Position numbers and translations under genes: made by a program. The notes under the pieces are model-generated. The model was not told where the DNA came from. It ran no database searches and saw nothing but the letters and a program-made list of their open reading frames with translations. A stretch of 64,000 nucleotides of DNA from Chamaesiphon sp. GTDB lineage: Bacteria > Cyanobacteriota > Cyanobacteriia > Cyanobacteriales > Chamaesiphonaceae. Location of the stretch: assembly GCA_965246715.1 (NCBI GenBank), contig CBDFFH010000002.1, forward strand, positions 128,001 through 192,000, read 5' to 3'. Shown one piece after another: positions 31,472 to 41,665 of this stretch (within the stretch, counting starts at the first letter, position 1; each line of letters opens with the position of its first letter).

Positions 31472-32260
31472 ATGCATTCAATGACAATAGGAACAGAATA
31501 TTCAATCGTTTGTCAGACAGCGATATCATATTTTGAGGACATTAATCAAGAAATTAAAAAGCTTGAACAACAGGATAATTATCTTATGAAAGAGTCTAGT
31601 GGCAAGGCTCTCATTGATGGAGATTTAAAGCTTTTCCATTCTGAAATTATGAAATCACAACCTCATGAACAGCCGTCTCTCTTAGGAATGTATTATTCAT
31701 GCATTGGCAGAATAAAAGAACTTAATTATTTTGCTCAAATAAAATTTGGAATGGTTAATGAAGGTATAGGTAAAAATGCCAAAAAGAATTTAGCAGAGGC
31801 TGCTGAAGCTTTTTCTAATGCGGTTGCTGCCGATCCAGATCCTCTATATCAGTATAGTTTAGCTTGTACTTATCTAAATTTAGATCGTAAAGCTGAAGCA
31901 GTGCAAATGTTTGAATTAGTTACTAATGGAGACAACTCAGGACTTGCTCTTGAAGCACGTAAAACAATCGGTCGAATTGGTTCTGTCACTCCAGCAAAGC
32001 CTGATTCTCCCCACCGAGAGACAAATAATAATGCTTGGGTCGAAACGGACACACCAATAAAATCTAATTCTTCTTCATTAAGTGATGACAGCAGAGATCG
32101 TAATCGCCAGCAAGAACCAGAGTGGGGTAAGATTATAAAAGGTAGTTGCGCCTTATTCTTTGGCTTTGCCTTGATTAAACTTCCTATTATTGGAATTCCA
32201 CTTATCATTTGGGGTAGTTGGATCGTAATAGTATATTGTATGAAAAAATTAAATAACTAA
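31472..32260 (+). CDS. TPR-like protein with C-terminal membrane helices
   Basis: AGGAG RBS; YQYSLACTYLNLDRKAEAVQMF TPR-like segment; two hydrophobic C-terminal segments. Confidence 0.65.
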   Translation: MHSMTIGTEYSIVCQTAISYFEDINQEIKKLEQQDNYLMKESSGKALIDGDLKLFHSEIMKSQPHEQPSLLGMYYSCIGRIKELNYFAQIKFGMVNEGIGKNAKKNLAEAAEAFSNAVAADPDPLYQYSLACTYLNLDRKAEAVQMFELVTNGDNSGLALEARKTIGRIGSVTPAKPDSPHRETNNNAWVETDTPIKSNSSSLSDDSRDRNRQQEPEWGKIIKGSCALFFGFALIKLPIIGIPLIIWGSWIVIVYCMKKLNN

Positions 32261-32309
32261 ATTGGATAGAACTGAAAGTAAAAGTATGATTAATCAAGGA
32301 GAATAAATT

Positions 32310-32540
32310 ATGGCACAATGGAAAATTGTAGAGGGCTATGAAGTTAAAGAAACTATTGCCCTTTGGATGATTAGAGAAATAGGTCAAACAAGTGACTATC
32401 CACACTATAGTGTACCTAAAACACTCACAGGCAAGCCTGATATTTACAACGCTCATTATTCTGATAATCGCAGAGATCATTATGGAATGAATGAAATAAC
32501 TGTCGCAGCTATCATGATGGCTTTAGGATATAAAGTGTAA
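32310..32540 (+). CDS. Hypothetical protein
   Basis: AAGGAG RBS, 76 aa, followed by a hairpin at 32591-32628. Confidence 0.6.
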   Translation: MAQWKIVEGYEVKETIALWMIREIGQTSDYPHYSVPKTLTGKPDIYNAHYSDNRRDHYGMNEITVAAIMMALGYKV

Positions 32541-32590
32541 GTCTATATTTTTTATTGATATTTGGATTGAACCAGGCTTATTGAAATAAA

Positions 32591-32628
32591 TAAAATACCG
32601 ATCTCATTTCAATGCGATCGGTATTTTA
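32591..32628. terminator. Hairpin terminator
   Basis: TAAAATACCGATC...GATCGGTATTTTA. Confidence 0.55.
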
Positions 32629-32692
32629 TATGTTTTAACATCCAAAACCTGATAAATTAACAGGTGAAACTTACCTCTCAGCATATCCATCA

Positions 32693-33031
32693 GTGGCAAA
32701 ACTACCAGATACCATAGTCACAAACATCTTTACTCTGAAACGCGGATTGATTGAGTGCATCGACGATACTACTGCAATAGAGTTTAGATTATTTGAGCAA
32801 ATCGGCGAAACAGCCGAAACACTGCCAGAGCTGGAAGAACTTCAGAATATCAAAGAGCGGCTATTATCTTCATACTCTCGATTGTATAACCTGTTGTTGA
32901 GAGTCTATCAATCTCAGCCAACTGCCTCTACTGATATGTTAAATTTATTGTATGGTGCGATGGAGAGTGGTCAAAACTCTCTGGATGCCAGTGTTGCTAG
33001 TTTACAAGATATTCAACGTAATTGGAATTAG
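32693..33031 (+). CDS. Hypothetical helical protein (module gene A, copy 2)
   Basis: Paralogue of 23472-23810. Confidence 0.75.
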   Translation: MAKLPDTIVTNIFTLKRGLIECIDDTTAIEFRLFEQIGETAETLPELEELQNIKERLLSSYSRLYNLLLRVYQSQPTASTDMLNLLYGAMESGQNSLDASVASLQDIQRNWN

Positions 33032-33033
33032 TC

Positions 33034-33237
33034 ATGAACGACCAATTTAAAATTCCCGATCCTGAGACTAGAGCGAGATCGATCGCCAAGTTGCGAGAAG
33101 CCTGTCGGTTATTAGATTTATTCAATCTACAGCTAGATGAAGCGATCGCACTAGCAGATGCAGACTTGCTCAAACAACGTAAAGCGAGATTATTATACAA
33201 ATCTAATTATCTACCAACAGAGCCGATCGAGAGTTGA
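33034..33237 (+). CDS. Hypothetical small protein (module gene B, copy 2)
   Basis: MNDQFKIPDPETRARSIAKLREAC; paralogue of 23813-24016. Confidence 0.7.
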   Translation: MNDQFKIPDPETRARSIAKLREACRLLDLFNLQLDEAIALADADLLKQRKARLLYKSNYLPTEPIES

Positions 33238-33305
33238 TTTTAAAGATAATCGTTCCTACGTGTCTCTTCTAAAAAACCGATTAAAACTATCAATTTAGTT
33301 AATAA

Positions 33306-33339
33306 ATATCACCGATTTCTTTGAAGAAGTCGGTGATAT
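33306..33339. terminator. Hairpin between convergent genes
   Basis: ATATCACCGATTTCTT-tg-AAGAAGTCGGTGATAT. Confidence 0.55.
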
Positions 33340-33435
33340 AGAAGTGCGTCAATTAACACACATTAGGATTGGTGCGTTGCGCTGTCGCGACAACACACCC
33401 TACGCAATCAAAACTTGAAATGGGGAATGTAGGAA

Positions 33436-36400
33436 CTAAGCACTAAAGTACTTAGCAGTCGGATGATAGACAATCAACGCAGTAGTAGACTGCTCAGGAT
33501 ATAGCTGCTCGCTCTCATCCATCGTCATCCCCATCCGCTCGGTACCCATGATTTTCAACTGCTGCAACTGATCCGCCACATTCGGACAAGCTGGATAGCC
33601 GAAACTATACCGCGAACCCTGATAGCGTTGCGCTAACATATCCCGAATATTATCAGGCTCTAAATCGCCATAACCCAACTCCTTGCGGATGCGGGCATGT
33701 CCCCATTCGGCTAATCCTTCGGCCATTTGGACAGCCATCCCGTGGAAGTAGAGATAGTTCGCATAGTTATCGGCTTTGAATAACACTTGGGCTTGCTTGC
33801 TGGCGACTTCGCCCATCGTCACGGCTTGCATCGGGAATACGTCGAACTTATTCTCTGAGAGGGGGCGGAAGAAATCAGCCAGACAGAGGCGACGCAGGGA
33901 TTTTTGGCGGGGGAATGTCCAGGTGACGACAGGGGTGGCGGTTTGGGGGGTTAAGCCTTGCTCGATGACGCTGGGATCGTAGACGTGGACGGAGTTACCT
34001 TCGGCGGTACAGGGGAAGTAGCCATAGATGAGTTGGGGTTCTAGCCATTCTCCGGTGAGGATTTTGGCTTTCCATTCTTCGAGGATGGGGTGGACTTTAT
34101 CGGCGAGGAATGCGTCGTATTCTTCTCGGGATTGCTCTTTGGGTTTGCGGAATTGCCATTGTCCGGCGATGAGGGCTTGGAGATCCATGTGCCAGAATAG
34201 ATCTTCGAGGGCGATCTCATCTTTGAGGATTTTGGTGCCCCAGAATGGTGGTGTAGGCCTGTCGATATCTAATGATACATCTGCCGATCGCACGGTATCA
34301 ATTACCGCTGGTTCTTTGCTCTCTTCAGTCTGCTCTTTTGGCTCTTCAATTTCGACGGCGGCTTTAATCGGGTTGCCATCATCATCGAGGAAACCGTGGG
34401 TGTCGTCCCACTTGTTGCTCTGTTTAGCAGGCATCAGGGCATCCATAAAGTTCAAATCGGCAAAAGCATCTTTACCGTAGATTACCTGTCCGTTATAAGC
34501 CTGCTGACAGTCTTTGTAGACAAATTTGGGGGTGAGCGCAGCACCGCCGAGGATGATTGGGATCGTGATGCCTTTTTCGTTGAAAACTTCGAGGTTTTCT
34601 TTCATGAAAGCGGTGGATTTGACCAGCAGTCCGCTCATGGCGATACAGTCGGGTTTGTGGGTTTCGTAAGCTTGAACGATCGCTTCTACGGATTGTTTAA
34701 TCCCCATATTGACGACTTCATAACCATTGTTGGTGAGGATGATATCGACGAGGTTTTTACCAATATCATGTACGTCCCCTTTGACGGTGGCAATTACAAA
34801 TTTACCTTTAGAATTACTCGTACCCGCATCGGCTTTATCCATGTGGGGTTCGAGCAGAGCTACGGCAGCTTTCATCGTTTCGGCGGATTGCAAGACGAAT
34901 GGTAATTGCATTTGTCCCGAACCGAAGAGTTCGCCGACAACTTTCATCCCATTTAGGAGATAAGTATTGATCACATCGAGCGGTGGATATTTCTCGATCG
35001 CTTTCATCAGATTGGCTTCTAATCCCACCCGTTCGCCGTCGATAATATGGCGAGTAAGTTTCTCTTCAAGTGGAAGTTTATCATCCTCGGCTTTATCCCG
35101 TTTGGTACTCACCCCTTCAAACATGGTGGTAAGTAAACCGAGTGGGTCGTAGGTGCAAATATCACCATCAAATTGACGGCGATCGTAAATCAGATTCCGA
35201 CAGATTTCTTGATGTTCGGGGGATATTTTAGCGAGTGGGAGAATCTTATTCGGGCTGACAATTGCCGCATCCATCCCAGCATTCATACACTCATGTAAGA
35301 ACATCGAGTTTAGTACTTGACGCGCAGCGGGATTTAGACCGAAGGAAATATTAGATAGTCCTAATAGAACGTGACATTGGGGGAGGTTTTCGCGAATCAT
35401 TTTAATTGATTCGACGGTGGCTTTACCATTCTCCCGATCTTCCTCAATTCCGGTCGAAATCGGTAGTGCTAAAGGATCGAAGAAGACTTCATAAGCCGGA
35501 ATCCCATATTCTACCGCTGCTCGGTATGCTCGTTGAGCGATCGCAAATTTCCGCTCGGCTGTCCGTGCCATTCCTTCTTCATCGATTGTTCCAATCACGA
35601 CTCCTGCCCCATATTTCTTGGCAAGTTCCAATACTTTATAGAAGCGTTCTTCGCCATCTTCATAGTTAGTTGAGTTCAGGAGACATTTACCCCCTGCAAC
35701 TTTCAATCCAGCTTCCATTTTCTCCCACTCAGTGGAATCCAACATCAACGGCAGACTGACGTTATTAACAACACGAGAAACCACCTCGTGCATATCTTTC
35801 ACACCATCGCGTCCAACATAATCAACGTTGACATCGAGAATGTGGGCACCTTCTTTGACTTGGGATTTAGCGAGAGAAACTAAACCATCCCAATTTTCTT
35901 CATTTAATAAATCTCGACACTTTTTCGAGCCACTCGCATTCAAACGTTCGCCGATAATTAGGAACGAGTTATCCTGATGATATGGCTGGATCGACATCAA
36001 TGAAGATGCGGCTGGTTCAAATTCGGGATGGCGTTCTTTGACTTGGAGTGTCGAGCCAATTTCGGCTAAAGCTTTAATATGATCGGGACGAGTTCCACAA
36101 CAACCACCAATTACTTGCACACCCCAATCTTCGACGAATTTATACATCGCCAATTTGAGTTCTAAAGGCGTTAATTTGTAATGGGCGTGTCCGCCAATGT
36201 TTTCCGGTAATCCAGCATTTGGCACACAAGAAACCACAAATGGCGATTGTTCGCACAAATGTTTAATATGGGGAGCCATTAAATCTGGCCCAGTCGCGCA
36301 ATTTAATCCTAAGATATCGATCGGGAATGGTTGTAATGCTGTTAATAGTGTCGCAATATCACTACCCGACAACATAGTCGCCTGGGGATTTTCAAACGTC

Positions 36401-36984
36401 GCCGACACCATAATCGGGAGTCTGGCTCCTTTATTTTTAAAAACCCGCTCTAGTCCATTGATTGCTGCCTTAATTTGCAGCACATCCATACAAGTTTCGA
36501 TTAGGAATAGATCTACACCACCGTCATACAGGCCTGTAGCCTGCTCGGTGTATGCTTGCTCTAGTTCTTCATAACCGATATGGCCGATCGAGGGTAGCTT
36601 AGTACCAGGGCCGATCGATCCAGCAACAAATCTCGGTTTCTCAGGTGTCGAAAATTCTGCCGTGCATTTTTTCGCTAGTTCTGCGGCAGTCTTATTCAGA
36701 TAATAAACCTTATCTTCCAATCCATATTCCGCCAACGTCGTCGCCGTACCGCCAAAGGTATCGGTTTCAATCACATCCGCACCCGCCGCCAAGAAATCGC
36801 GGTGAACTTTGGCAACTGCTTCGGGTTTGGTATGGACGAGATATTCATTACAACCCTCATACTCGGCACCACCAAAATCTTCCGCTGTCAGATTTTGAAC
36901 TTGGAGATTGGTACCCATTGCTCCATCGAAGACGATGACGGGACGTTCGGGACTGTGGAGACGCGCGAGGAAGGTATTAGTCAT
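33436..36984 (-). CDS. metH: Cobalamin-dependent methionine synthase
   Basis: [42 protein letters not shown] and [10 protein letters not shown]; 1182 aa. Confidence 0.97.
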   Translation of the reverse strand: MTNTFLARLHSPERPVIVFDGAMGTNLQVQNLTAEDFGGAEYEGCNEYLVHTKPEAVAKVHRDFLAAGADVIETDTFGGTATTLAEYGLEDKVYYLNKTAAELAKKCTAEFSTPEKPRFVAGSIGPGTKLPSIGHIGYEELEQAYTEQATGLYDGGVDLFLIETCMDVLQIKAAINGLERVFKNKGARLPIMVSATFENPQATMLSGSDIATLLTALQPFPIDILGLNCATGPDLMAPHIKHLCEQSPFVVSCVPNAGLPENIGGHAHYKLTPLELKLAMYKFVEDWGVQVIGGCCGTRPDHIKALAEIGSTLQVKERHPEFEPAASSLMSIQPYHQDNSFLIIGERLNASGSKKCRDLLNEENWDGLVSLAKSQVKEGAHILDVNVDYVGRDGVKDMHEVVSRVVNNVSLPLMLDSTEWEKMEAGLKVAGGKCLLNSTNYEDGEERFYKVLELAKKYGAGVVIGTIDEEGMARTAERKFAIAQRAYRAAVEYGIPAYEVFFDPLALPISTGIEEDRENGKATVESIKMIRENLPQCHVLLGLSNISFGLNPAARQVLNSMFLHECMNAGMDAAIVSPNKILPLAKISPEHQEICRNLIYDRRQFDGDICTYDPLGLLTTMFEGVSTKRDKAEDDKLPLEEKLTRHIIDGERVGLEANLMKAIEKYPPLDVINTYLLNGMKVVGELFGSGQMQLPFVLQSAETMKAAVALLEPHMDKADAGTSNSKGKFVIATVKGDVHDIGKNLVDIILTNNGYEVVNMGIKQSVEAIVQAYETHKPDCIAMSGLLVKSTAFMKENLEVFNEKGITIPIILGGAALTPKFVYKDCQQAYNGQVIYGKDAFADLNFMDALMPAKQSNKWDDTHGFLDDDGNPIKAAVEIEEPKEQTEESKEPAVIDTVRSADVSLDIDRPTPPFWGTKILKDEIALEDLFWHMDLQALIAGQWQFRKPKEQSREEYDAFLADKVHPILEEWKAKILTGEWLEPQLIYGYFPCTAEGNSVHVYDPSVIEQGLTPQTATPVVTWTFPRQKSLRRLCLADFFRPLSENKFDVFPMQAVTMGEVASKQAQVLFKADNYANYLYFHGMAVQMAEGLAEWGHARIRKELGYGDLEPDNIRDMLAQRYQGSRYSFGYPACPNVADQLQQLKIMGTERMGMTMDESEQLYPEQSTTALIVYHPTAKYFSA

Positions 36985-37178
36985 ATTATTTTTACTTTAT
37001 ACAGATGCGATCGTCGGGTAAAGTCGATTTTAGCAAATCACCTAATTAGTAATCGGCTTGAGAGACTACGCTCTTATTGTAATCAAGTTTGTGTAAGCGA
37101 TTCATCCCAGAGGCTACTGAAATCGCGGCGGAGGGGATGTTTATTTTGCGGTATATTTATTGACGGTTAGAGTGGATT

Positions 37179-38927
37179 CTAAAATCCTAAATCCATTTGT
37201 GCCGCTTTCGCTGCCACCAAGATCTCCTCATCCGACTTAGTAACCCAGTCGGTATCGCCGATTTCCTCATAGAATTTCTGGTCGTAGGGACGAGTCCGAA
37301 CTACTACTGGCATCGGTACAGCATGACCTAATACTAATGCTTGTTGTTTAGAATCCAACTTCGCTAAAACTGATTTCAAACCCTGTGCGCCTGATACGCC
37401 AGTGAAGATTGCATCGATATCTTTTTCGTCGTTAATTAGTGCCGTAATCCGCGTACCGATTTGCGACATGATCTCATTGTCGATGCCAGATGGCCGTTGA
37501 TCGACGATTAATAGAGTTACAAAAAACTTCCGCATTTCCCGCGCGATCGTGCCAAAAATCGTACTCTTGGCAATCGCTGGATCGAGAAATCTATGTGCTT
37601 CTTCGATCGTGATAATCAAAGGAATCGGTCTGTCGGCTTCTTGTTTGCTCTGTAAATATTGCTCGGCTTTATCTACATATAGTTTGTGAATCCGGCGGGT
37701 GAGCATATTCGTCACCAGCATATAAGATAATAAATCTGACTGGTTGCCAAATTCGATCACGATATTTTTACCAGCCTTAAGAGCTTGCATCAGACTTTTA
37801 AGATTGTCCTGACGACTGATGGGTTTGAGATATTTGAGTTTCTCCAACCGCATTAATTTACGTTGTAAAGAGGAGATCGAGCCTTTATGTCCCTTCCCCG
37901 ATTCACAGAATACAGTAATATCTTCATTACTCATTTCTAATAAACGACTAATCCAGCTACTCCCATATTCAGCAGCTAAAATATTCGCATTATCGAGACT
38001 TGCTTCGGAGAGATTTAATTCTCGCGAAACTAGCTGTAAATCTTCGATATCGATCATCTCATAAGTGAGATAGAGATCCTGTGCGTCCCGAATCCCGCGA
38101 TTGCGACTGGATTCGGGATCGAGGGTGTATACCATCACGTCATTCGGGAATAGTTGGCGCAATCCTTTCACCGTTTTGACATTTTTGCCCTCTTGTACGG
38201 CTTCCCAGCCATATTCTGAGTGCATATCGAAGATCAGATTTACCGCGACTTTTTTGCGAATTACCCCGGCAAGTAACAGCCGCGTTAGAAATGATTTCCC
38301 CGTTCCCGATTTCCCAAATACGCCATTACTCCGCTCGACAAACTTCTTTAAGTCCAGACAGACAGGGACATCCATATCTAATGGTTGCCCGATCGAAAAA
38401 TTCTTCCGTGTCGGATCGTCTTCCCAACCGAATACCGATCGGAAGTCGTTCTCATTGGCATCGAATACTTGGCTGAAGTGGCTGGGCACTGTCTTGACTG
38501 GCAATAGCTCCCATTCCATGTTTGTATTAGCTTCAAAGGATGCTAAAGCGGCTTTACCATTCTCACCTTTCGCTTTTTTACCTTTGCCGTTCCCATTCAA
38601 ACTTGCCGTACCAGCTGGCACTGGGTGGATTTGGGTAAACTTATTGAGCATCAACATTGGCGAGAGATTTACCGTCCCATAGGTACCGCTACCCGATAAC
38701 ACATCGAGCAGAAAATCATCATCGGGATGGGGTGGATTGACCAAAATTCGATCGCTAGAAGTCCCCAAACAGACATCGGTTAACAAACAAAAGAAGTCAT
38801 ATTGTCGCCCGCGCACTACCAAAAATTTGCCCACCCGCATATCTTCAACAGAGATATCGGGATGCAGCCGCACTTCTAAGCCACCAGTGAGCGAACCTTC
38901 AATTACCGAGCCGAGGGGTTTATTCAT
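37179..38927 (-). CDS. HerA-like (DUF87) ATPase
   Basis: GKSGTGKS, FDMHSEY, IEEAHRF, IAREMRKF and DQRPS motifs. Confidence 0.85.
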   Translation of the reverse strand: MNKPLGSVIEGSLTGGLEVRLHPDISVEDMRVGKFLVVRGRQYDFFCLLTDVCLGTSSDRILVNPPHPDDDFLLDVLSGSGTYGTVNLSPMLMLNKFTQIHPVPAGTASLNGNGKGKKAKGENGKAALASFEANTNMEWELLPVKTVPSHFSQVFDANENDFRSVFGWEDDPTRKNFSIGQPLDMDVPVCLDLKKFVERSNGVFGKSGTGKSFLTRLLLAGVIRKKVAVNLIFDMHSEYGWEAVQEGKNVKTVKGLRQLFPNDVMVYTLDPESSRNRGIRDAQDLYLTYEMIDIEDLQLVSRELNLSEASLDNANILAAEYGSSWISRLLEMSNEDITVFCESGKGHKGSISSLQRKLMRLEKLKYLKPISRQDNLKSLMQALKAGKNIVIEFGNQSDLLSYMLVTNMLTRRIHKLYVDKAEQYLQSKQEADRPIPLIITIEEAHRFLDPAIAKSTIFGTIAREMRKFFVTLLIVDQRPSGIDNEIMSQIGTRITALINDEKDIDAIFTGVSGAQGLKSVLAKLDSKQQALVLGHAVPMPVVVRTRPYDQKFYEEIGDTDWVTKSDEEILVAAKAAQMDLGF

Positions 38928-39304
38928 GGAAGGGGTACGTAAATGTAGGTGCGCCCAACCCCTCCCCGGTTATTTTTAAAAACTTTGCGGATTGGAGTTT
39001 GTTTTTACTAGTAATAACACAAACTTGCCACTAGAAGATATTCGATCGGACGATCGGACGCATCTATTTCGATTTTTTTGGGCTGTTCGCAAACTCGATC
39101 GTGAAGTTTTGGGCGTTGCTGGATTAGAGGATGAAAAAGCTAGTTGAGGAGAGGGGGACACATAATATTATTGCAAAGTAACAAACCATACCAGATCGAA
39201 GATGATGTCGATCGATGGTGATTGGTTCGATTCTTAGCAGAATGGCCTGCAGACGTGCGAGAATTTTTATCTAACGCCATAGCAGATGGGAGTTTTCGGA
39301 TCGC

Positions 39305-40138
39305 ATGACTCAGATATATACTCTCTATCACAACAACTGTCCAGATGGATTTGGTAGTGCCCTGGCAGCTTATTTGAAGTTCGGTACTCGCTCCGAATAT
39401 ATCGGTGTCAAACATCAACAGGATCCGCCAGAGATGGCAGCGGGTTCGGAAGTTTATATCTTGGACTTTAGTTACCCGCGCCTGGTGATGGAAGAACTGT
39501 TGCGACAACACGATCGAGTAATTACGCTCGACCATCATAAAACTGCCCAGGAAGCCTTGTTAGGCTTGCGAGGTGCCCTGTTCGACATGAATCGATCGGG
39601 TGCGATGATTAGTTGGGAATATTTTCATCCCGATCGAGAAATTCCCGAACTATTTAAATATATTCAAGACCGCGATCTCTGGGAGTGGAAGTTAGCAGAA
39701 ACTGGAGAGGTGACAGCAGGTTTGCAATTACTCCCGCAGGAATTTGACTGCTGGCTCGAATTATTAACCCCTGAAGGTTTAGCAAAGTTGAGACAGGATG
39801 GTAAGACGATGCTTAAATATCAAGCTAAGGAGATTAATGGCATGTTGAAGCATGTGTATTTGGATAATCTCCCGCCTTATCAAGCGCCGACTGGCGAGTG
39901 GCTAACCGATCGAAAAATACCAACGATTAACTGTTCCAATTATGATATTGTCTCCGAACTATGTCACCGGATGTTGGAAGAGTATCCGGACTATCCGGTT
40001 GTGGCTAGTTGGTTGAGAGGGAATTCTAGTATTTCTTATTCGTTGCGTTCGCAGCCGGATTTTGACTGTTCGGCGATTGCTAAGTTGTATGGGGGTGGCG
40101 GGCATAAAAATAGTGCTGGTTTTAAGATAGCTATTTAG
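39305..40138 (+). CDS. DHH/DHHA1 phosphoesterase (NrnB-like)
   Basis: YHNNCPDG, ILDFS, LDHH, DRDLW, SLRS and GGGGHKNSAG. Confidence 0.85.
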   Translation: MTQIYTLYHNNCPDGFGSALAAYLKFGTRSEYIGVKHQQDPPEMAAGSEVYILDFSYPRLVMEELLRQHDRVITLDHHKTAQEALLGLRGALFDMNRSGAMISWEYFHPDREIPELFKYIQDRDLWEWKLAETGEVTAGLQLLPQEFDCWLELLTPEGLAKLRQDGKTMLKYQAKEINGMLKHVYLDNLPPYQAPTGEWLTDRKIPTINCSNYDIVSELCHRMLEEYPDYPVVASWLRGNSSISYSLRSQPDFDCSAIAKLYGGGGHKNSAGFKIAI

Positions 40139-40217
40139 CATCTGCTCGGGATGAGATCTGTCCAAAGCGAAGCGGCAAGCGGTATATATTTGTGGGCTGT
40201 GAGTTTTACTGGTGGGG

Positions 40218-40373
40218 GCAAAACCCGGATCTGGGGGAGGCTTCCCCCAGACCCCCCGTTGAGGAGCGGAGTGCCGCCCCTCAAACTCCCCTGCACAAGG
40301 GTTGGTTTGTTGGCAGCATAGCGCGCTTCGCATTAGCTTCGCAATGGAAATCGATCTGTGCGTTGGGGTTTAT
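40218..40373 (+). repeat. ~155-bp GC-rich structured dispersed element (copy 2)
   Basis: Inverted match to 18729-18884. Confidence 0.8.
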
Positions 40374-40605
40374 TTTTTGGGGCGGCTCCGAAACGAAGCC
40401 AGGAGTCATTACTCCAAAATCCTTATCCCGAACTCACGTTATTTAGGGTTTGTCGAACAAAAGCTAAAACAAAGATATAGCGGTTCCCGATCGAATGAGT
40501 TACATTCACTAGCCACTAGCCACTAAAACCACTAATAATGCCCTTCACTAGGATGATAACCGCTAGATGAGTATATTCTAATCAAGTGAATATCAGCGAT
40601 CGCGC

Positions 40606-41394
40606 TTAAATAAGCTCGATTTTAACTTCTAAATCTGGTTCGACAGTGATGATACTTTGCATCGGACAGGTTTGCCAATCACCTTTAAATATCGGCTCGG
40701 AGGCAAGGATGACGGCATCGGGATATTCGATGCTATCTTTAATCCAGTAGAAGGTCGGAACGGTAGCACTGTGAGCGAAGCGAGAAGCAATCAATCGCTT
40801 GCCATCGCTAATCACGATATTTGCTGAAATTGTCGTGCGATCGACTGTCGCTAAATCGCGTAGTAGTCTCAAGGTACGCTGCAGGGCAATTTCGAGGGGA
40901 AGTTCGGGATGGGTATGCAATTCGTTGGAAAATAGCGCAAAGATATGTTCGGAATCAGTAGTACCATCGATCGCTCGATAAATATGATGGTGTAATTTAT
41001 CGCGGATTTGCTTATATAAACCGCCCCGAAAATTCTCGATAAATCCGTTATGAATAAACAGTAAGTTACCATCGCGAAATGGCTGGCAGTTGCTCATACT
41101 AACTGCTTGTCCTGGCGTTGCACTGCGCACATAGCTCAACATACAACCAGTTTCGATCGATCTGCCGAGATCGGGTAAATTGGTGTCGCTCCAAATCGGA
41201 ATCGTTTGTTTATAAATAAACGGATCGGTATTTTGCTGGGGATGATACCAACCGATGCCAAACCCATCCGCATTAATTACCCCTGCGGTCATTTCCTTGG
41301 GTTGGTAACTTTGGACGATCAGCGAATGTTCTGGTTCAGCAATCAATCGATCGATCGATTGAGGTTTACCCTGATAAGCAAGCAAACGGCACAT
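40606..41394 (-). CDS. egtC: Ergothioneine biosynthesis amidohydrolase EgtC
   Basis: MCRLLAY Ntn-hydrolase start, PEHSLIVQSYQPKEM, NADGFGIGWY, HNG and GTTDSEH. Confidence 0.88.
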   Translation of the reverse strand: MCRLLAYQGKPQSIDRLIAEPEHSLIVQSYQPKEMTAGVINADGFGIGWYHPQQNTDPFIYKQTIPIWSDTNLPDLGRSIETGCMLSYVRSATPGQAVSMSNCQPFRDGNLLFIHNGFIENFRGGLYKQIRDKLHHHIYRAIDGTTDSEHIFALFSNELHTHPELPLEIALQRTLRLLRDLATVDRTTISANIVISDGKRLIASRFAHSATVPTFYWIKDSIEYPDAVILASEPIFKGDWQTCPMQSIITVEPDLEVKIELI

Positions 41395-41665
41395 TTAAAT
41401 TATGAGTTATGAATGTAAATTTGGGATCTCTCAGGGGCGAGTTGATGCTAAAAATGCCTACCTTCAATTGAAGTTGTCGAATAAAAACCGCCCTCACTAC
41501 ACTAGTATTTGGAGCTAAATTACGAGTTACGGTTGCGATCGCAACCGTTATCTAAGACTAACTCTCACCACACTAGAGATTGCAGTATAGATGATGGAGC
41601 CAAAAAAAGGTAGGCACTGAGTGCCCACCTCCGATCGTAAGTGTGAGTTTAAATCTCTGGAATCG

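Noticed and set aside
37179..38927. HerA-based anti-phage system
   Set aside because: No Sir2 or nuclease partner next to it, and its composition is host-like.
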